A stretch of 64,000 nucleotides of DNA from Chiloscyllium plagiosum (taxonomy: Eukaryota), in NCBI RefSeq assembly GCF_004010195.1, contig NC_057719.1, positions 55,696,000 to 55,759,999 on the forward strand. Direction: 5' to 3'. The notes below the pieces were generated by a model. The model saw only the letters and a list, made by a program, of their open reading frames with translations, had not been told where the DNA came from and ran no database searches. Each line of letters starts with the position of its first letter. Positions within the stretch are counted from its first letter, which is position 1. Positions 49,715 to 61,265 of this stretch are shown here, piece after piece. The translations under genes and the position numbers were made by a program.

Positions 49715-50007
49715 CAGGAATGAGGAAGGTGTGCCAAGCAGGCTAAGATAAAAGGTAGGGAGGAGGGACTTGGGGAGGGGCGTTGGGAATGCGATAGGTG
49801 GAAGGAGGTTAAAGTGAGGGTGATAGGCCGGAAAGGGGGTGGGGGCGGAGAGGTCAGAAAGAAGATTGCAGGTCAAGATTCCTAAAGAAGGGCTTATGCC
49901 CGAAACGTCCATTCTCCTGCTCTTTAGATGCTGCCTGACCTGCTGCGCTTTTCCAGCAACACATTTTTCAGCTCTGATCTCCAGCATCTGCAGCCCTCAC
50001 TTTCTCT
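49715..50007. mobile_element. PLE pLTR fragment with 5' inversion
   Basis: 49715-49790 matches 57393-57468 directly; 49878-50007 matches the reverse complement of 57272-57399. Confidence 0.85.
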
Positions 50008-50964
50008 TAGTTTTATTGTGTTGTGAATACAGAAGTAGAAAGTCTGATATGGTTTGGCTGTCCATCTCAATGTTGTAACACTTTACACAATTCATAATGA
50101 TACATAAACACAGCATTTGCATGAGAAAAGTCCTGGTTTTGATTCCAGACTGTGGATAGAATCATCCTCGCCTCTGAACAACATTGACAATGAAAAGAAA
50201 GTTGGGAAAAAAGATGAGGGGGCCAACAAGGAGCTTTTAAATGTCGAGAGCAAAAAGTCCCATTTCCCAATCAAATGTTGGATGGCGCTATGAAGTGCAA
50301 AATGCATATTTATAACATCCTATTATTATTATTTAATCTCACCTGATTAATATACTGTTCTGCCTTTCCCAACACACTAGATAGAAGCAAGACATCAAGA
50401 TTTCCAATCAGGAAAGTCAGTGTGGTACCAGACAACTCCAGCTCACCGCTTGCTCCTCTGGCCTATCACCTTGGCAGAGCACCAAGGTGATCTCAGGGCG
50501 CACTCCATGGGCAGCAATCACACACACAGTATATCTATGGACATTGGCATCCAATATACATCAGCCTCACTGTATCTCCAATCTACTTACTGTACAATTC
50601 TGCACTTTAGTGCACCAACATGTTTGATTGCAACAGGATTCCAAGGATCCAGTTCCTGACATTGCACTCAAGGTCAGGAACACAACTCATGGACTGGGCC
50701 ACACCATATCTCAGGGATCTGCATTCATTCTTTCAGCACTCACTCACTTTGTGCCTACTTCAGTGTTCACAACATCCCCACTTTGCATTTTTAAAAATGT
50801 TGGCACATATGCAGAAAACACACTGCACTTGCAGCAACCAGTAGCAGTGCTTCAAAGTCTAAGGGGAGTAGTCCTCAGCCAGGTGTAAGGAATGTCCCCT
50901 CAGGCAGTGGGTCCCAACATGGCAAGTCAAGGACAGACTCCGACATCAGTCAAGGACTATATAT

Positions 50965-51167
50965 ATAGAATCCCTACAGTGTGGAAACAGGTCCTTCGGC
51001 CCAACAAGCCCATACCAACCCTCTGAAGAGCATCCCACCCAGACCCATCCCCCATCCTATTCCTATAATGCTGCATTTCCCACTGCTAACACATCCATCC
51101 TACACATCCCTAAACACTATGGGCAATTTAGCTTGGCCAATCCACCTAATTTACACATCGTTGGACT
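50965..51167 (-). mobile_element. V-SINE 3' half
   Basis: Reverse complement of the SINE 3' region at 35775-35917. Confidence 0.85.
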
Positions 51168-52767
51168 TGGTTGGCCATCTATTTGGGGTAGTCAAGGTCA
51201 GGGTGTCCCAAATCTCTACAATCCTGGGATTTGGACCAGGGCGTGCCCTGTGGGTGCAGTGCAATCAGTTCCAGGAGTCACAGGAAAACACTCAGAGCTG
51301 ATTGACATCAGCCATAGGTCTGGATGCTCAATGTTCAGGCTGTCTGTGTAAGGTGCTCAAGGGGCTGGATCACAGTCTGTCCATCCACACAAAGTGCTGG
51401 AGGGGGTTATTAGGGATCACCATGGGACAGAAACTGGGGAACTGATCATGAGGATTGGTGGCAACACACTGGGATACAGAGGAGATTACAATTGCGAGGG
51501 GAGCAAATCAATGTATAAATAGGAAAACAGTAGCCTATTAAAGTGAAGGGATAAAGCGGAATTGGAGTGGTCATGACAATCAGCAGCACCTTGGCTTTCA
51601 TAGGAGAATGGGGAAAAAAATGACAGAATACTAATATGTTTGGCAGGTTTACTTAGTCTAGCTGGAGCTGGGCTGATTGTTGGTAAAGAGGGGCGATAAA
51701 AATTTAGACTGAAGGGCTTCATGGGAATGTGAGGAAGTTCCATGCATAAGCAGTTAATAGGAAAGGCTACCAATGAGAGAACGTATATACTGGGGGCTCA
51801 CCAATAGTAAAAGACTGAGCCCAAGGCTCACTGCTGGAGGAGTGACTGCTAATTCTTTCCATCCTTGCTGAAAACAACACGTGTGCAATGGAGATGAAAG
51901 TGATTATTGTCACTCCTGGAGTGGACAAGTTATCAATTCAGATTGGTTTGAGGTCCTTCAAAGGGCAAACACACTACATAGAGAGTGAACCCATGTCATT
52001 AACCTTTGGTGTGCAGTCTAAATTGTTGCTCTAAGCAACCTTGACCTTATCATAGAGCATCAAGAACCAATATCAGTAACATGTATGATGAACAAGCATG
52101 TCTGAGCTGGTGGAAGATACAGGAGACAGCTTTGACAATGAGTCCTCCTCATCATTCATACTCACTTGCTTAGAAACAAAGCTTGGAGAAAATCATTTAA
52201 ATCAATTAACTGAGTAACTTATGACAAAGAGAAAAAACAATTAAAGTGTTAAAGTCTTATTTTTTAAAACCCAATAAAGGAAAACAAACATCTTGCATAA
52301 AAATCAGTACATGCAGAATTCTTGGTAACAAGGAAAGGAGAACCAGAGCAAATAACTTTGGCTTTTATTTCTGCTACATAAATTTAAAGAAACTAGTTTT
52401 TAAGTAGGTAAGGAACACACAAATCTGGTTCCTAAAAGGGTAACATTTGCTCACTTACCTATTTATATGGGATTTTTACTTCACCTCGGTTAACATTTCA
52501 GTAACAGAACAAAAGGCACTTTCAAGGAATTCCTGGCTAATTTGTAAATCTTGCCAAAACACCAGATGAGAACCACATGAAAGAGTTTAAGAACAAAAGG
52601 CATGTAATTGCTCAATTAAACTACAATAACACAAAATCAACAGATTTCAATTTCAGTTAACTAATTAGATCAGAAATAGGCTGTAATAGTAGTAATATAA
52701 AAAAAGCCCTTGTGACAAACCGGTTCATTTGTAACCTGTTTTGATAGATAAAGTAGATTGACAATAT

Positions 52768-52991
52768 ATAGAGTCTTTCCACTCCAACGCACATTTTGTT
52801 AATGCAAATTCTCTACAATGCAATTGACGAATTGGAAGACTGTTTCTAAAGCATGAAGTTTTAAAGCGTGTGTTGGTTATAACGTGATTTCGACCCCATT
52901 AGTTTAAACAATGCTGCTATTACATGATTTTCTTATAACATGAGATTGCATGAGAATGGAACTATCGTATTATAGCAGAACCCATTTTGTA
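52768..52991. mobile_element. Possible decayed Tigger-type MITE
   Basis: TA-flanked, with repeated TTATAAC/TTATAGCAGAACC motifs; left TIR is poor. Confidence 0.35.
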
Positions 52992-53042
52992 AAGAGATAA
53001 CAAAAATTGTAACAACAAACAACAGTGGTGCATGTAAAGAAG

Positions 53043-53933
53043 TGTGATGATACTGTGACTTTAAGAGGTGTTTTTTGTTCTGACTTAAAAGTTGGAGCAA
53101 TAGAAGCAGCCTGAATGGACATAGTGAAGCTCTCACACATTCAGGATTTTTAGTTAGCTTTCAACAATTGTTGCTGGGGTTCTGAAGAGTTGAAAGGGAG
53201 TGAATGTCTCCCAGTTGCTACACTCTCTTGCTCAAAATGATCTTTTGATGTTCTTTCCTCTTGGATTGGAGATTTGCATGTGAGACAATATGTCTTTCTG
53301 ACCTTGCCTTTGCAAAGGTTGTGCTTATGGGATGTTACTATATTGGAACAGTTATTGTTTAGTAGTAAAATAATCTATTATTCTGTTAAGTTTTCCAACA
53401 GAGTCGAATTATTCTTAGCTATTCTTTCTTTTGATGCATTTTGTTGTATTGAATGCTTATAATCCTTTTCCCAGGGATGGGGAATCAAAAACTAGAGGGC
53501 ATAGGCTTAAGGTGAGAGGGGAAAGATTTAAGAAGGATCTGAGGGGGCAACTTCTTCACGCAGAGAGTGGTATGGCTGCCAGAGAAAGTGGTTGAGACAA
53601 GTACAATAGCAACATTTTAAAAATATTTGGATAGGTACATGGATGGGAAGGGTTTAGAGGAATTTGGATCAAACGTGGTCAGTTAGAACTAGCTGAGGGG
53701 GCACCACAGTCAGCATGGACCATTTTGGGTCAAAGGGTCTGTTTCCATGCTGTATTACTCTATGACTCTATGACTGTATAACTATCATAAATAAGTTGTG
53801 TTTTGCTTAATGTTGAATGGTTTGACCAATTGAATTATATCAGGAACACAGCATTTGACACCTTTTAAAATAAGAAAAAATTATAGTCTTTGCGACCTTC
53901 TCAATATATTTTGAGGGGGTCTGGTCCATAACA
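53043..53933 (+). repeat. 5' LTR of copy 2 (contains a CR1 insert)
   Basis: TGTGATGATACTGTG...GGTCCATAACA; homologous to 59080-59720. Confidence 0.85.
53455..53776 (+). mobile_element. CR1 3' fragment inside the LTR
   Basis: CR1 3' UTR with CTCTATGACTCTATGACT tail. Confidence 0.9.
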
Positions 53934-53936
53934 AAT

Positions 53937-53954
53937 CAGGGGCTTGTCTGGAAT
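53937..53954 (+). other. Decayed primer-binding site, tRNA-Pro-like
   Basis: CAGGGGCTTGTCTGGAAT matches TGGGGGCTCGTCCGGGAT at 13/18 positions, 3 nt after the LTR. Confidence 0.6.
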
Positions 53955-55044
53955 CAAAATCTCTAATTCCGGATTGGATTTAGAATTATAGGCAGTGAGT
54001 GCTAAGTGTTAATTTTTTTTATGGGTGCTGAATTCAGTTTGTTTAAACAGGGTGTGCTTGCTGTAATAATGGCTCTTTGAGTCATTAAGAGTTTCCTTGG
54101 GCCGGAAAAAAATCACTTTAGGAGTTTACAGAATGCGAGCAAGTCAAGGCTTTTGGAATTGACAGACAGCTGGAGTTGGGGTTGTTTTTGTCCATGCGAA
54201 AAGGAGAAGTAATTGCAGCATTTATAATTTATAATTGCTGGAAATGCCATTGGAATCTTTGGAAATGGCTAAAATTCAATTTAAAATGAAGCAGCTTGAA
54301 TTAGAGACAAAAGAAAGAGGAAAGGAAGTGAAACCGTTTGAATTACGATTAAAAGCAGAGGAAAAAGTAAAGGAGAGAAAGGCCCTAGCAGAAGAAAGGG
54401 AGAAAGAGAGAGTCTGAACTTGGCAATTAGAGAAGAAAGTCAACTTAAAGGGAAGAGGTGAAGGTAGAAGCTCGGCTTAATGAGGTGAATAGTGATGACA
54501 AGCAAATTCATTACAGCCAAAGGCCAAGTGGGGATCTGTTTAAATATGTTCAAGTGTTGCTTAAGACAAGGACGTAGAAGTCTTTTTTTTATTTCATTTG
54601 AAAAAGTGGCTAAACAAATTAAATGGCTATTTACCATGTGGAGTTGTTGATTCAAACAAAGTTGGTAGATACAGCTAGTGAGGTGTCCGCATCACTATCA
54701 GAGGAGGTATCTGGGGAATATGAAGAGGCGAAGCAAGCCATCTTAAGTGCATGTGAGCTAGTGCCAGAAACCGAAAGACAATGTTTCAGGAATCTAAGGA
54801 GGGAACGTGGTCAAGTGTACATTGAGTTTGGAAGAACCAAACAAAATAATTTTGATAGGTAGATAAGGGCATTGAAAATAGATCAAACATATGATGTTCT
54901 TAGACTCAATTATTTTCAACAAGTTCAAAAGTTCACTTCCTGAAGTAGTGAGAACTCTTGGAAGAGGAGAGAGTTAAGACTTCAAGAGTAGCAATGGAAA
55001 TGGCAAGTGGTTATGAATCATTTCATAAATCGAAGCTTGGCTTC

Positions 55045-55189
55045 TGAATTGAATTGAATTGAATTTATTGTCACATATACCAAGGCACATTAAAAAGCTT
55101 TGTCTTGCAAGCAATACAGGCAGATCACAGAGTTAAGTAGCACAGATAAGTAAATAATAGTTAAACAGCGGCAAAAACAAAAACACAGG
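55045..55189 (-). mobile_element. LINE 3' end with (ATTCA)n tail (Rex-Babar/L2-like)
   Basis: Minus strand ends GACAATAAATTCAATTCAATTCAATTCA; absent from the matching gag region of copy 1. Confidence 0.65.
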
Positions 55190-57268
55190 AGGGATAGAAA
55201 TTGGGGAAAAGAGAAATGCTCAAGTGGTAAGAGAAAGGAGATCTTATTGATGATAATACAGATAGTTTACCACAGGGTAAAAAGGAAACCCATGAGAGGG
55301 AAAGAAAAATAGAAAAGCTCAGGTGTTTTCAATGCAATAAAAGTAGGCCATATGAAATCCCAGTGTTGGCAGTTTAGAAAAAGCACTGGGAAGACAGATG
55401 TGGGAAAACAGGAAAAACCAGTGAGTTTTGTTGAAATGCTAAAAGAAAGCATGGTGGAAGCTAAAAAGCTGCACCAGAATATCCAACCTGGTCAGGGGCT
55501 GGGTGAGGAGAAAGTGCTAGATTTCTTTAAAGAACATACTTGCATGTGTACGGTTTACTGGTATATGCCAGGAGAAGCAGGTAAAGGAATTAAAATTTTA
55601 AGAGCTATAGAAGTATGGTGAGAGATGTAGAGATATTTCCAGAAAAGTTCGTAATAAATGGATTTGATGGCGAGAAGAGCAGTGTTCCATTATGTAAAGT
55701 AAGATCGGACAGTTTGGTGAAAAGTGGTGAAGTAGTGTAGGAGTAATAGAGAAATCTTTGGTTCCAGGAATCCAATTGATCCTTGGTAATGATATAGCTG
55801 GATCAAAAACAAGAACCGGTCAAGGACTAAGTGGATATTTTTAGTTCAGTGAAATTAACTGAGTCACAACACATGAAAAACTAAAGCAATTGTATCAAAA
55901 AGCATAAACTGAGCAAAAATCTGAGTGTATCCCAGAAAATTACTATCTTAAGAATGATGCACTGATGAGGAAATGGAGACCATACATATTCATGCAGTTA
56001 CGAAATGGACAAAAGTTCATTGTGTGGTATAGAATGGAGGTGTTGCAGGTAGCACATGAATTACCAGCTTAAAAGTCATGCTATTTGGTTTGAAAAGTGC
56101 ACCAGCCAAATTTCAAAGAATAACCAATAAAGTCATTTCTGGATAGCCCAATTGTGTATTGTGCCTGATGATGTTTAGTCATTCATGGAAGGAATGCAGC
56201 ATCCATCGGAATTGTTCAGTCAACTTTGGGAGGCGGGCTTGGTGATAAATCTGGCTAAGAGTGAGTTCACAAAAGCCCATGTTACATTCCTGGGCCATGT
56301 CATCATACAAATGGCCCCATGGGATGTGAAAACAAAGATTATTGGGGAGTTGCCCATACCATCGACAAAGAGGGCAGTACTGCAATTCCTGGAATTGAAC
56401 AGTTTTAGTCGGCAGCTCATACCAAATTTTATCAGCGTGGCTGCTCCACTCACTGAATTGCTACAGAAAGCCAAGACATTTCAGTGGACAGCAGACCATC
56501 AGAAGGCATTTGACAGCCTGAAAGCTGCCTGAACCATTGTCTCAGTGTTAACCACATTTAATTATGTAAGGTGGCTATTGATGTGCACGTTGGTGCTATA
56601 CTCTGTCAAGAAGACAAAGAGAAGATAAAAATACCTACTGGGTAATTTTCCAGAAAAATGAATAATCATGAGCAGAATATTCCACAATTAGAAGAAAACC
56701 TTGATCCTGGTGTTGGCATTACAACATTTCAGTATTTATATATCCAGTAATATGTCTGAGACAAGGTATATGCTGATCATATCCTTAAAGTTTTTGGAGA
56801 AACTTATGGACAACAATTCCAGACTGTTTAAATGGAGCTCATTATTGCGGCTATTCAATTTGAAAATTATACATGGGGCATGACAATAGAACACATTGGT
56901 GTGACTGGGATGAAGGAAGACTAAGGTGTTTGGTGGTGGGAGTAAATGGACTGTTGTAGTGTATGTTTGCATGCTTGGAGTCAATATAATGTATAGTATT
57001 GTGCTAATAGAGTAAAATTAAGAGTTTTAAAAATGAAGCCATCTTTGTGAGGAAGTTACAATGTCACAGAGGGGTCAGTTCCATGCTTTACTTCTCTTCA
57101 GGGCACACTAGGGTCTGTAGGGTTAAAAATCCCAGTACCAAAAAAACTTACTGCAACAGCAACTGAAAGCCTGTACTCTTTCAATCCACACATGTGGAAT
57201 CCCCCAGTCCACGCAAGTAAGCTGAGACAAGGGCTTTGTCCTTTCCAGACAGGATTAATAACCCTGGC

Positions 57269-58507
57269 GAGGGGAAAGTGAGGACTGCAGATGCCGGAGA
57301 TCAGAGCTGAAAATGTGTTGCTGGAAAAGCGCAGCAGGTCACGTAGCATCCAAGGAGCAGGAGAATCGACGTTTCGGGCATAAGCCCTTCTTCAGGAATG
57401 AGGAAAGTGTGTCCAGCAGGCTAAGATAAAAGGTAGGGAGGAGGGACTTGGGGGAGGGGCGTTGGAAANNNNNNNNNNNNNNNNNNNNNNNNNNNNNNNN
57501 NNNNNNNNNNNNNNNNNNNNNNNNNNNNNNNNNNNNNNNNNNNNNNNNNNNNNNNNNNNNNNNNNNNNNNNNNNNNNNNNNNNNNNNNNNNNNNNNNNNN
57601 NNNNNNNNNNNNNNNNNNNNNNNNNNNNNNNNNNNNNNNNNNNNNNNNNNNNNNNNNNNNNNNNNNNNNNNNNNNNNNNNNNNNNNNNNNNNNNNNNNNN
57701 NNNNNNNNNNNNNNNNNNNNNNNNNNNNNNNNNNNNNNNNNNNNNNNNNNNNNNNNNNNNNNNNNNNNNNNNNNNNNNNNNNNNNNNNNNNNNNNNNNNN
57801 NNNNNNNNNNNNNNNNNNNNNNNNNNNNNNNNNNNNNNNNNNNNNNNNNNNNNNNNNNNNNNNNNNNNNNNNNNNNNNNNNNNNNNNNNNNNNNNNNNNN
57901 NNNNNNNNNNNNNNNNNNNNNNNNNNNNNNNNNNNNNNNNNNNNNNNNNNNNNNNNNNNNNNNNNNNNNNNNNNNNNNNNNNNNNNNNNNNNNNNNNNNN
58001 NNNNNNNNNNNNNNNNNNNNNNNNNNNNNNNNNNNNNNNNNNNNNNNNNNNNNNNNNNNNNNNNNNNNNNNNNNNNNNNNNNNNNNNNNNNNNNNNNNNN
58101 NNNNNNNNNNNNNNNNNNNNNNNNNNNNNNNNNNNNNNNNNNNNNNNNNNNNNNNNNNNNNNNNNNNNNNNNNNNNNNNNNNNNNNNNNNNNNNNNNNNN
58201 NNNNNNNNNNNNNNNNNNNNNNNNNNNNNNNNNNNNNNNNNNNNNNNNNNNNNNNNNNNNNNNNNNNNCAGGTGAATTTGAGGTCAGGGTGGAAGGTGTT
58301 GGTAAGTGGATGAACTGTTCAACCTCCTCGTGGGAGCACGAGGCAGCGCCGATACAGTCATCGATGTAGCGGAGGAAAAGGTGGGGGGGGGGGTGCCAGT
58401 GTAGCTGCGGAAGACGGACTGTTCCACATATCCTACGAAGAGGCAGGCATAGCTGGGGCCCATGCGGGTGCCCATGGCTACTCCTTTGGTTTGGAGGAAG
58501 TGGGAGG
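57269..58507 (-). mobile_element. Neptune-type PLE, 5' truncated, with gap 57469-58268
   Basis: QTKGVAMGTRMGPSYA and RYIDD; pLTR with hammerhead; 10/11 flanking duplication. Confidence 0.9.
57364..57399 (-). ncRNA. Minimal hammerhead ribozyme motif (intact core)
   Basis: AUUC-CUGAAGA-A-GGGC(UUAU)GCCC-GAA-ACGU-C-GAUU. Confidence 0.7.
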
Positions 58508-58555
58508 ATAACTCTGGCCCCAACCCAGTTAACAGCTTCCCTCTTCAATTGTCTT

Positions 58556-58678
58556 ACTTCCTCTCCATATTAGCATAGGTATGTGAATCCCCATTCACTT
58601 CCCCTCCATATTAACATAGGTATGTGAATCTCCAGTTACCTCACCTCTATATTAGCATAGGTATGTGAGTTCCCCATT
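58556..58678 (+). repeat. Three tandem 41-bp repeats in the LTR U3 region
   Basis: Unit approximates ACTTCCTCTCCATATTAGCATAGGTATGTGAATCCCCATTC, starting at 58556, 58597 and 58638. Confidence 0.95.
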
Positions 58679-59079
58679 TGTAGCAGGTGAAACTTTTCTG
58701 CCTTAATTCCTTGCTATTAACACATAATCATGGCAGATACGATTATCGGTTTCACACATTATTATAGGACATCGACATTTATCAGGTTTTGTAAAATCAT
58801 AATTACCTATTTTAAGTTATGTGATGACAATCATCCATGTGATTGATAAGTCTTTATTCAATTCCTATAAAATATACTGTCTCTGGGTGTAAGGCAGAGA
58901 TTTGTGAAGAAGAGTCGCTACAAGTAAGCACTCGGCTACTTTAGTGACGCTTTGAATCTCTCGCCGGCTGTCCGATAATAAATCTACCGCTGTTGAACAG
59001 AAAACTTGTGTCATCCGAATTTGTGGAACAAAGCAGACATCAACATTTGTACATTGATGATTTTTTTAAAGGGATTAGA

Positions 59080-59720
59080 TATGAAGATACTGTGGCTTTA
59101 AGTGGTGTGCCTTGTCCTGGTTTCTTTTAGAGAGAGAGATTGAGGGACAGGTGACAATCAGCCTATAAGAAGATAAACAACTGTGAGGCCTTGGGTTTTT
59201 TAAAAAGTAGGAACAATAGAAGCAATCTGACTGGGTGTGGACAAGCTCTCACAGATCCAGGAGTTTTGTTAAATTTCACTGATTGTTGCTGGGGTTTCAA
59301 CAGAGTTGGAAGGCAATGAATCTCTCCCAGCTGCTGCACTCTGAATTGTCTTTTGAGTTTCTTTTCTCCTGGATTGGAGAACTGCATGTGAGTTAATCTT
59401 CTTGTGAATTTGCCTTTTTGTCAAGATTATGTTTACGAGATGTTACTATGTTGGAACAGTTATTGTTGAGTAGTAAAATAATCTACTGTTCTGTTAAGTT
59501 TTCCAATAGAGTTAAATTATTCTAAGATCATCTTTCTTTTGTTGTATTTTAACTATAGTGTTTGAATAAATTGCTTTTTCTTAATGTTGAGATTTTTTGA
59601 CCAATTTTAAATTGCATCTGGAACACAACACCCTGACATCTACCTTTAAAACAAGAAAAAGTTAGAGTCTAGGCTGCCTTCTTAATAAATTTAGAGGGGG
59701 TTCTGGTCTGGTCCATTACA
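59080..59720 (+). repeat. 3' LTR of Gypsy copy 2
   Basis: TATGAAGATACTGTG...GGTCCATTACA. Confidence 0.85.
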
Positions 59721-60394
59721 GAGATCAGACAGACAAGTTCACTGAAATGCAGAAAAAAATGTTAAAATGAAACAGAATTTACTTTTATTTCAGGATTACA
59801 CCATAATTAGTTGGATTAAAAAAGATGCTGCAAAAAAAAGTATCAAGTCAAATGATAGAAAGAACATAAAGAGTTACATTATTGATCTGGAGGCAGTGCG
59901 TTAAATTATTTATTGGTTTAATTCCGGTACAACATAATCAAAATTAATTTAATTTTTATTTAAAAATAAGGCAGGGAGAAAAGCACTTAAACGAATTGTC
60001 TGTAGTAACCTATGGCAAAAAGAAAATCACTTAAACTATCTATTCGGCATGGTCAAAGGTTAGAAGGAATTGATTAAATTAATTATTCAACAATTAATTA
60101 TGGCAAGAGATAGGCTGAAATAATTTGTTACCCTAAATTGGATGGGGAATATTGATTAAATTGATCAAATAAATTAATTGATAGTTTGAGTCTATAAATG
60201 GGAAATGGGTTTAGTGAGATGGAGGAGGGGTGTTGATTATTTTAGAGAGCATAGTGAAATGTATTTGCAAGTTGCCTTTGAAATGATTGGTTTTCTTATG
60301 TCAAATATAACTGGTATAAATGTAATGTCTGATTAAGGTAATGAAGATGGCATTTTGGGAGTGTTCAAATCAAGAAAACCATAACATTTTTGTC

Positions 60395-60913
60395 TCATTC
60401 CTGTAGGAAGGATGTTGTGAAACTTGAAAGGGTTCGGAAAAGATCTACAACGATGTTGCCAGGGCTGGAAGGTTTGAGCTATAGGGAGAGGCTGTACAGG
60501 CTGGATCTGTTTTCCTGAAGTGACAGAGGCTGAGGGTTGACCTTACAGAAGTTTATAAAATCATGAGGCGCATGGATAGGATAAATAGACAAGGTCTTTT
60601 TTCTGGAATGGGGGAGTCCAAACTAGAGGGCATGGGTTTAGGCTGAGAGAGAAAAATTTAAAAGGGAGCTAAGGGGCGACCTTTCACACAGATGGGGATG
60701 CGTGTACGGAATGAGCTGCCAGAGGAAGTGAGGGAGGCTCGTGCAATTGCAACTTTTATAAGGCATCTGGATGGGTAAATGAAGAGGAAGGCTTTCGAGG
60801 GATATGGACCATGTGCTGGCAAATAGGAATAGATTAATTTAGGAAATCTGGTCAGCATGGACGAGTTAGACTAAAGAGTCTGTTTCCGTGTTGTGCATCT
60901 CCACGACTATGAC
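60395..60913 (+). mobile_element. CR1 family A 3' fragment
   Basis: Homologous to 43740-44262. Confidence 0.9.
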
Positions 60914-60989
60914 GTGATAATATACGTAATAAATTATTATGTGGTGATAATATAAGAGGCAGGCTGAAGATTTGGTATTAAAAACTAAA

Positions 60990-61186
60990 GTAGTAATTGT
61001 CCCAGACAACCATAGGACTATTTGTTCATTAGAGAGATAATAGGTGGTTGTTTAACTGAAGGGGTCACCATGCCTCAGGTGAGGAGAAACATTAGGAAGA
61101 TGGTGCCTTCATGATGACGACAGCCAGAATAGAAGTTGAACTCATGCAGCAAATATCACTCTGCATTATTAACTAGCTATCTAGCC
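60990..61186 (-). mobile_element. Decayed tRNA-derived SINE (second family)
   Basis: Minus strand has GGCTAGATAGCTAG...GAGTTCAACTTC (A/B-box-like), then CCTGAGGCATGGTGACCCC. Confidence 0.45.
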
Positions 61187-61265
61187 TCAGTGTATGTAAA
61201 TACTATACAGCATGAGTCAGAAATGCCTTTTAGTTTTTGGAGCTGCAGAGAATATCAAATTCCAA

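Larger units (their letters stand above)
57048..59045 (+). mobile_element. Solo LTR (about 750 bp without the PLE), ERV-like
   Basis: TGAGG...CAACA termini, TSD TTTG, TATAAAA at 58866, AATAAA at 58977; empty site visible in Gypsy copy 1. Confidence 0.8.
53043..59720 (+). mobile_element. Gmr1-like Gypsy (copy 2), internally deleted, with nested insertions
   Basis: Two related LTRs, PBS, gag homologous to copy 1 (LESLEMAKIQ, ELVPE, MKSQCW); integrase N-terminus (VAHELP) joins RT directly near 56068; RNase H follows. Confidence 0.9.

Noticed and set aside
50600..50680. Possible second Harbinger motif (IATGF...HCTQ)
   Set aside because: Too short and not supported by flanking collinear motifs.
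46608..58548. Long ORFs of 230-390 aa, and those at 12459-13112
   Set aside because: Lengths are inflated by N-gaps translated as X. Only the PLE RT portions are real.
58556..58678. CRISPR-like array
   Set aside because: Head-to-tail repeats with no unique spacers, inside an LTR, in eukaryotic DNA with no cas genes.
53039..59724. TSD for Gypsy copy 2
   Set aside because: Flanks GAAG and GAGA do not match, so no TSD is claimed.
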